Part shown: one piece after another, positions 18,848 through 26,717 of the stretch | Position numbering within the stretch: position 1 is the first letter of the stretch | Layout of the letters: the number at the start of each line of letters is the position of its first letter | Assembly (NCBI GenBank): GCA_965197725.1 | Contig: CBDANQ010000058.1 | Span: forward strand, 84,496 to 148,495 | Length of the DNA stretch: 64,000 nt | Source: Longimicrobiales bacterium | Lineage (GTDB): Bacteria > Gemmatimonadota > Gemmatimonadetes > Longimicrobiales > Gaopeijiaceae | Reading direction: 5' to 3' | Notes under the pieces: generated by a model | Databases searched by the model: none | Told to the model about the DNA's origin: nothing | The model's input: the letters and a program-made list of their open reading frames with translations, nothing else | Position numbers and translations under genes: made by a program

Positions 18848-19618
18848 ATGGAAGTCAAGCTCTGGCCCCACGCGGGCCGGCCCGGCGTCGGCCTGAAGCC
18901 GCGCAACGAGAGTCAGCGACCGCTACTGCCGCAGCACGCTCGTCATTGCCCGGTTCTGGAGGCCGGCAGCGGGCTCGGGTACCTGGTGTATCCGCAGTTG
19001 GAGGAAAACGAGGCGTTCTACGTCGGCTACCAGGGAGACGGGCGCTACGAGTTCAAATACTTCATGAGCAACCCGATGGGGGGCTGGGACCAGATCTTCT
19101 CGGTGGCCTGGGAGCTTCCCATCGGTAGCGTCGGGATGATCCAGGAAGACGTCACGTTCGCGAAGCCGGACCTGCCGGTCACGGCGGAAGACGCCGTAAG
19201 GATCGCGCGCGCGTTCGTCGTCCGCGAGGACCTCGGCACCCCCCCGGGTGCGATCACGCTGCGGGGCGCGTACAACTTCAAGACCCCCGAGGGCTGGGAC
19301 ACCGTGTACGGCCCCGTTCTGAACATGGTCGACCCTCCAATGGTCGACCCTCCACTGGCACCGATGCTCGTCGTGCGGGTCGAGACCGATTGGTACGCCC
19401 ACGACTCCGAGTTCCGCTACGTCGTACAGCCCGGTCAGGGCCTCCCCGGAAGCCGCAGCTTGCCGATAGGGCAGGTGTATTTCGTACCCCGTGAAGAGAT
19501 CAAGCTGCGCGACGTCAATGAGAAGGAGCTCGAGGAGATCAAGAAGAGCCAGGAAGAGTTTGGGACGCCCATCGCCATCGACGGTGATTCCATCTCACAT
19601 CCAGCGGTCAGCACGTGA
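18848..19618 (+). CDS. Hypothetical protein (weak DUF6065-like resemblance), C-terminus possibly replaced
   Basis: GAGGA RBS; HARHCPVLEAGSGLGY, FKTPEGW, VETDWY, PIGQVYFVPRE; 15-bp duplication MVDPP x2 at 19325-19354; the tail runs into a relic. Confidence 0.65.
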   Translation: MEVKLWPHAGRPGVGLKPRNESQRPLLPQHARHCPVLEAGSGLGYLVYPQLEENEAFYVGYQGDGRYEFKYFMSNPMGGWDQIFSVAWELPIGSVGMIQEDVTFAKPDLPVTAEDAVRIARAFVVREDLGTPPGAITLRGAYNFKTPEGWDTVYGPVLNMVDPPMVDPPLAPMLVVRVETDWYAHDSEFRYVVQPGQGLPGSRSLPIGQVYFVPREEIKLRDVNEKELEEIKKSQEEFGTPIAIDGDSISHPAVST

Positions 19619-19670
19619 CGCAACTGTGGTTGTTCTCGACACCCAGGCCCTCGAGCAGCGCGATGGTCTC
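19608..19670 (-). pseudogene. C-terminal stub of an ankyrin-CxxC gene
   Basis: Reads ETIALLEGLGVENNHSCVTC*, matching the ends ETRDLLESLGSKNNHNCQTC* (24870) and AVALLEEMGGKRNHKCVTC* (29503). Confidence 0.85.
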
Positions 19671-19809
19671 CAGGCCGACAAATGCGTGTCCCGCGACAAG
19701 CGCATACAGCGTAGAGTGCATAGTAGATTGCATACATTACATATAGGGCCGGCCCACAGCGCGGGTGAACGCTTGACAAGCGGACGGGATCGTGATCTGA
19801 TGAGTTGTT

Positions 19810-20217
19810 ATGAGGGCCATCGTTTTCACTTCACTCTTCGCGTGCGTGGTGGCGCTCGGCTGTGCGGGCGCGGGCTCGGGCTCGGCACCCACGGGCTCGG
19901 CACCCGGGGGAAACCCGGACCTGATCACGTCCGAGCAACTGCGCGCCCCGACCGTCAGCTTCATGTCCGCCGACGCCGCTATTCGGTTCCTTCGGCCCCG
20001 CTGGCTGCGGAGCCGCTCAGGCACGCTGGTCGGGGGGCGGAATTTCGCCTACGTATTCATGGACGGCGGCCCGTTCGGAACTATCCGGACGCTGCGTTCG
20101 TTACCGGTTTCCGATATCAGTGAGGCTCGCTTCATCAGCGCGAGCGATGCGACGACCAGCTACGGTACCGGGTATCCGGGAGGGATCATCTTGATCACGA
20201 GCCGGCGCCGGCGCTGA
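19810..20217 (+). CDS. Small lipoprotein resembling a stand-alone TonB-receptor plug domain
   Basis: Lipobox ALGC; DLITSEQL, AIRFLRPRWL, VFMDG, ISASDATTSYGTGYPGGIILITSR. Confidence 0.75.
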   Translation: MRAIVFTSLFACVVALGCAGAGSGSAPTGSAPGGNPDLITSEQLRAPTVSFMSADAAIRFLRPRWLRSRSGTLVGGRNFAYVFMDGGPFGTIRTLRSLPVSDISEARFISASDATTSYGTGYPGGIILITSRRRR

Positions 20218-20236
20218 TCCGCGGCCACCTCGAACT

Positions 20237-20270
20237 CGGCCCCGCAACGTCCAAAGACGTTGCGGGGCCG
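20237..20270. terminator. Hairpin between convergent genes
   Basis: CGGCCCCGCAACGTC-CAAA-GACGTTGCGGGGCCG, perfect 15-bp stem. Confidence 0.7.
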
Positions 20271-20325
20271 TTGTTCAGGTCCCTCTGCTTGCGTTCCTAC
20301 GCTTGCGTTGGGTGGGTCAGCTCCG

Positions 20326-21681
20326 TCAACCTCCCAACCCCGTATAGAACGGGTTGCTGTCGAGCTCCTGCTGCGAGACCGGCCAGCGGCGATCGATACC
20401 CAGTTCCTGGTTCGCCACCGCCCAGTTCGTATTCGTGATGTCGTAGTACCGCATGTCCTGCCAGCGCCGGCCCTCCAACCAGAACTCCGTAGCGCGCTCG
20501 TACTTGATCTGCTCGAGAATCGCCGCACCGTCGCTACTCGCGAACGCCGGCAGCCCCGCGGCCGCACGAACAAGATTGATGTTGTCCACCGCGCCGGCCA
20601 TGCTGTCCGCGGTCCAGTGCGCCTCCGCCAGGACCAGCGCTGCCTCCTGCCACCGGCTGACGGCGATGGGCTCGGATATAGATGTCCACTTCAACGGCTC
20701 GTAGTAGTCCACGTTCCCCCGGCCGACGGTGATCAGCTCGGTGTGGACGATCCGCGGATCGACCATGCCGCTCACCGGATCCACCGTGAAAGCATACCGG
20801 GGATGCATGCTCTGATAGACTTGGCCGCTCGTATAGTTATCCGCGAGCTCGTTGATGCTCGCCGGCGGCGAGTGGCGGATGTTAAGCAAGTACGTGGAGT
20901 TTGCCGCCAGCGCCTGTTCGGCGGCTTGCCCCGCGGCTGCAAAATGCGATGTCATCGATCCATCTCCATCATCCCAAAACAGCGAGCGGTAGACCCGGGC
21001 CTTCGTACCGAGCGCCGCCGCTTGCAGATTCGAGTCGCCCGCGGCGGCGGCGATCTGCGCCGCATTGTCGAGGGCGGTCAGCGCCAACGTGAGAGCCGCG
21101 GCCGGTGTAATCGGAGGGTTCCCATCAAGGGTCACTTCCTCGAAAAGGTCCGCCAGCATCACGAGCGAGAGCCCATGCCAGTAGTTGACCTGCGCCACCC
21201 GTATATCACTGCTCATATCAACGAGGGGCGCCAGGCGCGCTAACATGTCGGCCGAAACCCATCGCACCAGCGACAGATCGTTGTAGGTCGCGTCGTAGTT
21301 CTCGTTCCAACCGTCCATGTATCCCTCAGCGAGCCTGATTCTGTCGGACCGGGTCGAGTAGAACCAGCCCTCATCGGAGACCTGGGCCACGTAGAGGATA
21401 GCCGTGGAGTAAGCGTCTGACATCGAGGCCTCGGGCGCGGTCGCGAGGGCGCTGACCAGCTCCGGATCGTCCAGGTCCGTGTCCAGGATGTTCGTGGGGT
21501 TTTCCACGTCGAACAGATCGCCGCACCCGGCTGCGGCCGTGATCAGCAACATTAATAGCAGATATGCGCTCCACGATGTTGTTTTCATGGTGCTTTTCAC
21601 CTTTTTGATTGGTTTCGCTTGCCTTGACCCGGCTGACCCCGCCGCCACGTTGTGGTGCCCGTTCTCAGTCATGTCAGTCAT
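20326..21681 (-). CDS. RagB/SusD-family outer-membrane lipoprotein
   Basis: Lipobox AAGC-GDLFDVENP, INLVRAAAGL, ERATEFWLEGRRWQDMR; lies downstream of SusC; alternative start at ATG 21588. Confidence 0.9.
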   Translation of the reverse strand: MTDMTENGHHNVAAGSAGSRQAKPIKKVKSTMKTTSWSAYLLLMLLITAAAGCGDLFDVENPTNILDTDLDDPELVSALATAPEASMSDAYSTAILYVAQVSDEGWFYSTRSDRIRLAEGYMDGWNENYDATYNDLSLVRWVSADMLARLAPLVDMSSDIRVAQVNYWHGLSLVMLADLFEEVTLDGNPPITPAAALTLALTALDNAAQIAAAAGDSNLQAAALGTKARVYRSLFWDDGDGSMTSHFAAAGQAAEQALAANSTYLLNIRHSPPASINELADNYTSGQVYQSMHPRYAFTVDPVSGMVDPRIVHTELITVGRGNVDYYEPLKWTSISEPIAVSRWQEAALVLAEAHWTADSMAGAVDNINLVRAAAGLPAFASSDGAAILEQIKYERATEFWLEGRRWQDMRYYDITNTNWAVANQELGIDRRWPVSQQELDSNPFYTGLGG

Positions 21682-21693
21682 GGAACACCTCCT

Positions 21694-24600
21694 CTAGAAC
21701 GTGACGCGAGCCCGCAGCGCGATCCGCCGCGGAGCCGGGAAATTGAACCAGTCGATATTGTGTACTAATGCTTGGGTGGTGAGATCGCCCCGCTCCCCGT
21801 CATGGTCCGTCATCAGTGGATCGCCTGTTGCACTGGATCCCCTACGGTTCATTTCGTTGATGTACTTGGACCAAATATAGACGTTACGGGCCGACAGCAT
21901 CAGCTGCACGGAGCTCACGCCACCGACGATTCCCTCCAGGAACGACTGGGGCACGTCGTACGTAACGCCAAGCTCCTGGAATCTGATGTAGTCGCCAGGC
22001 ACCATCCAATTCGAGAGGATGAGATGGTGTTCGGGGCCAAACTCGTCGGCAATCTCCTGCTTCCTCGCGGTCGAGGTGCTCGGGTCATCCAGCTCCTTGT
22101 CCCACGCGGCGGTCCGTGGTGTGACCGAGATGGATTCCCGGATGATCTCTGTCTCGTTGGAGATGATGAAGCCACTGGCGCCGGTGAACAGCGCGCTAAG
22201 GCTGAAGCCGCGCGGGAGATCGGCGATCAGGCTGCCGGTCCCCGTCAGCGTCGGAACGGAATGGCCCACAAAGGCGAGGGAGTCGCCCCCCGCAGCGTTC
22301 TTGAGGTTGTTGGGTTGAATGTTATGTATGGAATTCACCTGCTCGATAGGCACCGTCAGCCTGTACGGGTCGGCGGGATTTTTCACCGCCGTGATGACGT
22401 CCCCGGGGGCAAACCCCTCGCGGATCATGCTCCAGCGCCGACCGGCTTGTAGCCGGAAGGGGGCGATGGCGCCCAGATCAGCAACGTTCATGTCGAGCGT
22501 GGCGATTTGGGTGTTGGTCCGCAAGGAAAAATCGCGACGCTGGATCCAGGTTACGTCCGCCGAAATCTCAAATCCCTGCGACTCGAGGGTACCGGCGTTG
22601 GTGAGCTGTTTTTGGAGGAACCCATTCGAGACTGGGAACGGCGCCGCAATCAATGCGTCTTTGGTCTCTTGGTTGAAGTACACGACCTCCAGGCCGACCC
22701 GGCCCCCAAAGAGGCCCAGCTCGACCGCGACCTCCCGTTCGATGGAGCGCTCCGGCCCCAGATCCGGGTTGCCCAGATTCAACGGGAGCACGGCCCCTGA
22801 GAGGAATGGGGCGGGCTGCCACGTCCGTTGGGCGTCGAAGGAGCCGGGCTGCAGACCCGACGTGCCCAACGCCGCCCGGACGCGGAACTGGTCAAAGCCC
22901 TCGATGTTCCAGAAATCGTGGTCGGAGACGACCCAGGAGACTCCGCCCTTGGGGTACACCTGGAATCCGAAGTCCTCACCGAAGGCGGAGTTGCCGTCGA
23001 TCCGGACGCCAGCAGTCAGGAAGAGCTTGTCGAAGAGCCCGATCTGCTCCTGGGCAAACAGGCCGGCATTGATGACCTCTTCGAAAGTCTCGTCCAGCGA
23101 GGTGACGGTAGCGCCACCCCGCAGGGTTTCCAGCGTGGGCGCCGCGAATGCCCGGACGGCGGATCGCCTGAACCAGGTGTCCTCCCAGAAACTCTGACCG
23201 CCCACGACGAACGTGGAGCTCAGGTTCTCGCTGAACTCCCGCTGCCAGGAGGTCTTCGCCTCCACGGTGAGGGCCGTTCGCCTCTCGGCGCGCACGTCGC
23301 GACGGCCATCAGCCTGTCTCGCCTCGCCGCCCTTGGGGACGAATGTTATCCCCTCCTGCTCTACCTCGTTGAAGCCGACTGTCACCTGGCTCTGGATGTC
23401 CGGCGTCCATCGATAGGTGGCCATTGAACTGACGACGAGCTGGTTGTGGGTCAGCCGGTTCTTATGGGCGAGGGAGCCCTTCACCGATCCGAAGAGCTCA
23501 CCGAACGGACGGCCCGGGTTCGTGTTGGCCGGGTCCGAGAGCAAGACGCCGGTCATCCCAAAGTTCGGGTACGGCGCCCTAGTAAAATTCCGGACCACGT
23601 TGAGGTTCAGCTGGGTCTCGAGCTTGTCGGTATGCTGGAACGTCAGACCTATGCGGCCAGAAGAGTTTTGCAGCTTCGCGATCTCGACCGGAACATTGCC
23701 AGACTCGTTGAGCCAGCGCGCCGACGCGTAGTACTGGACGCCCGGCGTTCCACCCCGGACAGAAGCAGAGTAGTTCTGCCTGTAGCCGGTTCGCAGGAGG
23801 ACTTCCTTGATCGGGTCGTTAAAATACATCTTGTCCTCGACGGGCTCCCATTTCCAGTTACCCGGGATCCTGTCCTTGTCAATATCCGTCAAGCCCTGCT
23901 CGATCTCGAACGAGTAGGTAGGGGCGCCGACCGTGCCCCGTTTCGTGAAGATCTGGATCACCCCGCTGGACGCCTCGGTGCCGTAGAGGGTCGCGGCGGC
24001 CGCACCCTTGATCACCTCGACCCGCTCGATGTCGGCCGGGTTAATGTGGTCGAGGGGCGAGGTCTGGAGGCTGGCGAATACACTTGCCTTGTTGTCGACG
24101 CGGATGCCGTCGATGTAGATGATCGGATCGTTCCGCTGGGAAAGGCTTACAGTTCCTCGCATGACTACCGGCGACGAGGCGCCCAGCTCGCCTTGCGCCG
24201 CAGTGAATAGCCCGGCTACCCGCCCCGACAGCGCTTCCGTCAGATTGCGTACGGGCAGTGCTTCCAACGTTTCGGCGCTGACGGCCACGACGGTCTGCCC
24301 GAGCCGGCGACGCTCCGTCACGACCCCTGTCCCGGTGACCACCAGCTCCTCAAGGGCGATCGCCTGGGATTGCATCTCGACATTCACGGTGACGCTCTGG
24401 CCGGCCACAACCGTGACCTCCTGCGTCTGCAGTGCAAAGCCGATGATCCGGAACTCAACGACGTGCGTCCCGGCCGGGATGCCGGGGATCAGGAAGCGGC
24501 CGTCGGCGCGGGCCAGCGCTCCTATGTTTCGCGCTGGGATGCTGACCTGCGTGCCCGCGAGGGGCCCCAGGGTGTTGGCATCCACCACCTGCCCGCTCAG

Positions 24601-24696
24601 CGTGCCCGTCTGCTGCGCGCGCAGCGAACCGGCTGCCATCGCCATCAGGGCCAGAACGATGGCCCCGTGAACAAACAACTGACGAGGGATTCTCAT
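21694..24696 (-). CDS. SusC/RagA-family TonB-dependent receptor
   Basis: Carboxypeptidase-regulatory-like N-domain, LEELVVTG TonB box, plug NPADIERVEVIKGAAAATLYG...GVIQIFTK, LKP/LGPE motif, C-terminal Phe. Confidence 0.95.
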   Translation of the reverse strand: MRIPRQLFVHGAIVLALMAMAAGSLRAQQTGTLSGQVVDANTLGPLAGTQVSIPARNIGALARADGRFLIPGIPAGTHVVEFRIIGFALQTQEVTVVAGQSVTVNVEMQSQAIALEELVVTGTGVVTERRRLGQTVVAVSAETLEALPVRNLTEALSGRVAGLFTAAQGELGASSPVVMRGTVSLSQRNDPIIYIDGIRVDNKASVFASLQTSPLDHINPADIERVEVIKGAAAATLYGTEASSGVIQIFTKRGTVGAPTYSFEIEQGLTDIDKDRIPGNWKWEPVEDKMYFNDPIKEVLLRTGYRQNYSASVRGGTPGVQYYASARWLNESGNVPVEIAKLQNSSGRIGLTFQHTDKLETQLNLNVVRNFTRAPYPNFGMTGVLLSDPANTNPGRPFGELFGSVKGSLAHKNRLTHNQLVVSSMATYRWTPDIQSQVTVGFNEVEQEGITFVPKGGEARQADGRRDVRAERRTALTVEAKTSWQREFSENLSSTFVVGGQSFWEDTWFRRSAVRAFAAPTLETLRGGATVTSLDETFEEVINAGLFAQEQIGLFDKLFLTAGVRIDGNSAFGEDFGFQVYPKGGVSWVVSDHDFWNIEGFDQFRVRAALGTSGLQPGSFDAQRTWQPAPFLSGAVLPLNLGNPDLGPERSIEREVAVELGLFGGRVGLEVVYFNQETKDALIAAPFPVSNGFLQKQLTNAGTLESQGFEISADVTWIQRRDFSLRTNTQIATLDMNVADLGAIAPFRLQAGRRWSMIREGFAPGDVITAVKNPADPYRLTVPIEQVNSIHNIQPNNLKNAAGGDSLAFVGHSVPTLTGTGSLIADLPRGFSLSALFTGASGFIISNETEIIRESISVTPRTAAWDKELDDPSTSTARKQEIADEFGPEHHLILSNWMVPGDYIRFQELGVTYDVPQSFLEGIVGGVSSVQLMLSARNVYIWSKYINEMNRRGSSATGDPLMTDHDGERGDLTTQALVHNIDWFNFPAPRRIALRARVTF

Positions 24697-24749
24697 GATT
24701 CCTTCCTCCTTCTGGTAGTGAGACTAATGATGTAGTGAGACTACTGCTC

Positions 24750-24817
24750 CGTGCATCTCTACACGACGTGCATCTCTACACGACGTGCATCTCTACACGA
24801 CGTGCATCTCTACACGA
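24750..24817. repeat. 17-bp tandem repeat x4 in the susC 5' leader
   Basis: CGTGCATCTCTACACGA x4, followed by CGTGGCAAG twice; another imperfect 17-bp duplication at 24715-24743. Confidence 0.95.
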
Positions 24818-24836
24818 CGTGGCAAGACGACGTGGC

Positions 24837-24865
24837 AAGGTAATATCGCGGCATTCCCGACGCAA
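24837..24865 (-). promoter_or_regulatory. Putative sigma70 promoter of susC copy 1
   Basis: TTGCGT-17bp-TACCTT on the minus strand; conserved upstream of susC copy 2. Confidence 0.6.
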
Positions 24866-24869
24866 TAAT

Positions 24870-26717
24870 TCAGCATGTCTGACAGTTATGGTTGTTCTTC
24901 GACCCCAAACTCTCCAGCAGGTCCCGGGTTTCCGGGTACGGCGGCACCCGTTGGAACGGGGAGTTCGCCATGTCGGCGGTGGTGTGCCCCCGGCGGCTCA
25001 ACGCCATGACATCGGTCCCCTGCTCCACCAGGAACAACACCACATCGGTGTCTCCGCGGGCCGCGGCGTGGTGGAGGGGGCTGAATCCGTTGTGGTCTCT
25101 CGCGTTCACGTCCGCGCCGAGTTGCTCGACGAGGTACTTCACCGCCGGCAGCCACCCATTCGGCACGTGCCGGTGCACGTTTGCGGCGTACCCCTCACCG
25201 TACCCCACACCCGAGGCCGCGTGGATCGGGTGCACTCCGGGCCCACCTATCGGCACCGGCGGCAGCCCGCTGGGATCCTCCACGTCCTCCTCACCGTACC
25301 GGGTCCGAGGCTCTCGTGTCTTCTTGGTGGGAATGCTCGGATCCGCGCCGTAGGCCAATAGCAGGCGCATCGCCTCCACGTCCGTACCATAGGCCGCCCG
25401 CCAGAATGGCGTCGCGCCCACGAAGTCCACGCCCAACATACCCGAGAAGTACCACCACAGACCTTTATCCAAGCGCATGTTCGGATCTGCTCCGGCATCG
25501 AGTAGCGCCTTCATCACCTCCAGGTATTCGGCCCTCTGCCGCTCATGCGCTCTGCGCTGCGGATACTTCGTCCTTGGCCCCCACTGCACGTTGATCGCGG
25601 CAAAGAGCGGCGTAGCCCCGGCGTCGCTGGCAAGGTTCGGATTCGCACCCTGCTCGAGGAGGAGCAGCGCAAGATCGAAATGGCCGTTCATGGTGGCGAT
25701 GAGCAGCGGGCTGGTCTTGTCCCCCGCGCTCAGCTGGTTGAGGTCCGCGCCCTCGTCGAGAAGCGCGAGCACCGCTTCCCTATGGCCGGCCCGAGCCGCG
25801 TGCAGCAGCGCGGTTAGACCACCCCAGCTCTGCGCCGAGCTCCGCCGAGAAGGCGGTTGCGCAGAAGCCTTGTCGTCTGCCTCCACCATTACCGTCGAGT
25901 TCAGCTGAACCTCTCGCGCGGCCCGAATCGCCGCCTGAACCTGGCTTGGGGTCACACCACCCTCTGTGCCCCGTGCGAGAACCTGGACGCCGCCGCCCAT
26001 CATATCTCGTTCTTCCGGGACCTCCGACGTGGCTTCGGCCGGGTCTTCTTTGACCCGAAACTGTGCCACCAACTCCTCCAGGCGCTCCTGGGCCGCTTTA
26101 TCCACCGTTGCCCGCTGGGGCACATCCACGACCCGCGTGATGATCCCCGGGTCCGCGTCTCGCTGCACCAGCGCCCGGATCGCTTCCGGGCGATTGTGCG
26201 CCGCCGCCAAAATGAGCGGTGTCTGTCCCCACTCCGCCTCACGGGCTTGCACATCCGCGCCGTGGTCCACCAGAAGCCCAATGACCTCCGCGTTCCCAGA
26301 CTCGGCCGCGAGGTGGAGCGCGGTCGCGCCACTGTTGGTGGTGGCGGCGTTCACCTCGCTTCCCGCCTCGAGCAGAGCTTCGACCACCGGCGCGCTCCCG
26401 GCCCGGCTCGCCAGGTGAAGCGGCGTGTAATTGCCGATTCTTGTTCCGGCCCGCACGTTCGCCCCGGCGTCAGTGACCAGCCGCGCCATCTCCACGTCGC
26501 CTCGCTGCGCCGCCCAGTGCAGCGCTGTCATCCCGTCCCCGGAGGCCTGGTTCACATCGGCGCCCTGCCTGATCAGCTCCCGCAGCGCCGCCGTGTCCCC
26601 ACGCTTCGCCGCATCCACCATGGGGTCTTCTGGGAACATTCCCCAAACCGCGGCTCCCGCGAGAAGCGCCGCCATCAGCAGGGCACCCATCACGTCTACA
26701 CGTAGACCGGTTCTCAT
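24870..26717 (-). CDS. Exported ankyrin-repeat protein with C-terminal NHxCxxC
   Basis: N-terminal hydrophobic segment; repeats TALHWAA, TPLHLAS, TPFWRAAY; ends NNHNCQTC. Confidence 0.9.
   Translation of the reverse strand: MRTGLRVDVMGALLMAALLAGAAVWGMFPEDPMVDAAKRGDTAALRELIRQGADVNQASGDGMTALHWAAQRGDVEMARLVTDAGANVRAGTRIGNYTPLHLASRAGSAPVVEALLEAGSEVNAATTNSGATALHLAAESGNAEVIGLLVDHGADVQAREAEWGQTPLILAAAHNRPEAIRALVQRDADPGIITRVVDVPQRATVDKAAQERLEELVAQFRVKEDPAEATSEVPEERDMMGGGVQVLARGTEGGVTPSQVQAAIRAAREVQLNSTVMVEADDKASAQPPSRRSSAQSWGGLTALLHAARAGHREAVLALLDEGADLNQLSAGDKTSPLLIATMNGHFDLALLLLEQGANPNLASDAGATPLFAAINVQWGPRTKYPQRRAHERQRAEYLEVMKALLDAGADPNMRLDKGLWWYFSGMLGVDFVGATPFWRAAYGTDVEAMRLLLAYGADPSIPTKKTREPRTRYGEEDVEDPSGLPPVPIGGPGVHPIHAASGVGYGEGYAANVHRHVPNGWLPAVKYLVEQLGADVNARDHNGFSPLHHAAARGDTDVVLFLVEQGTDVMALSRRGHTTADMANSPFQRVPPYPETRDLLESLGSKNNHNCQTC

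Noticed and set aside
24750..24839. CRISPR array
   Set aside because: The 17-bp units are head-to-tail with no spacers, and no cas genes are present
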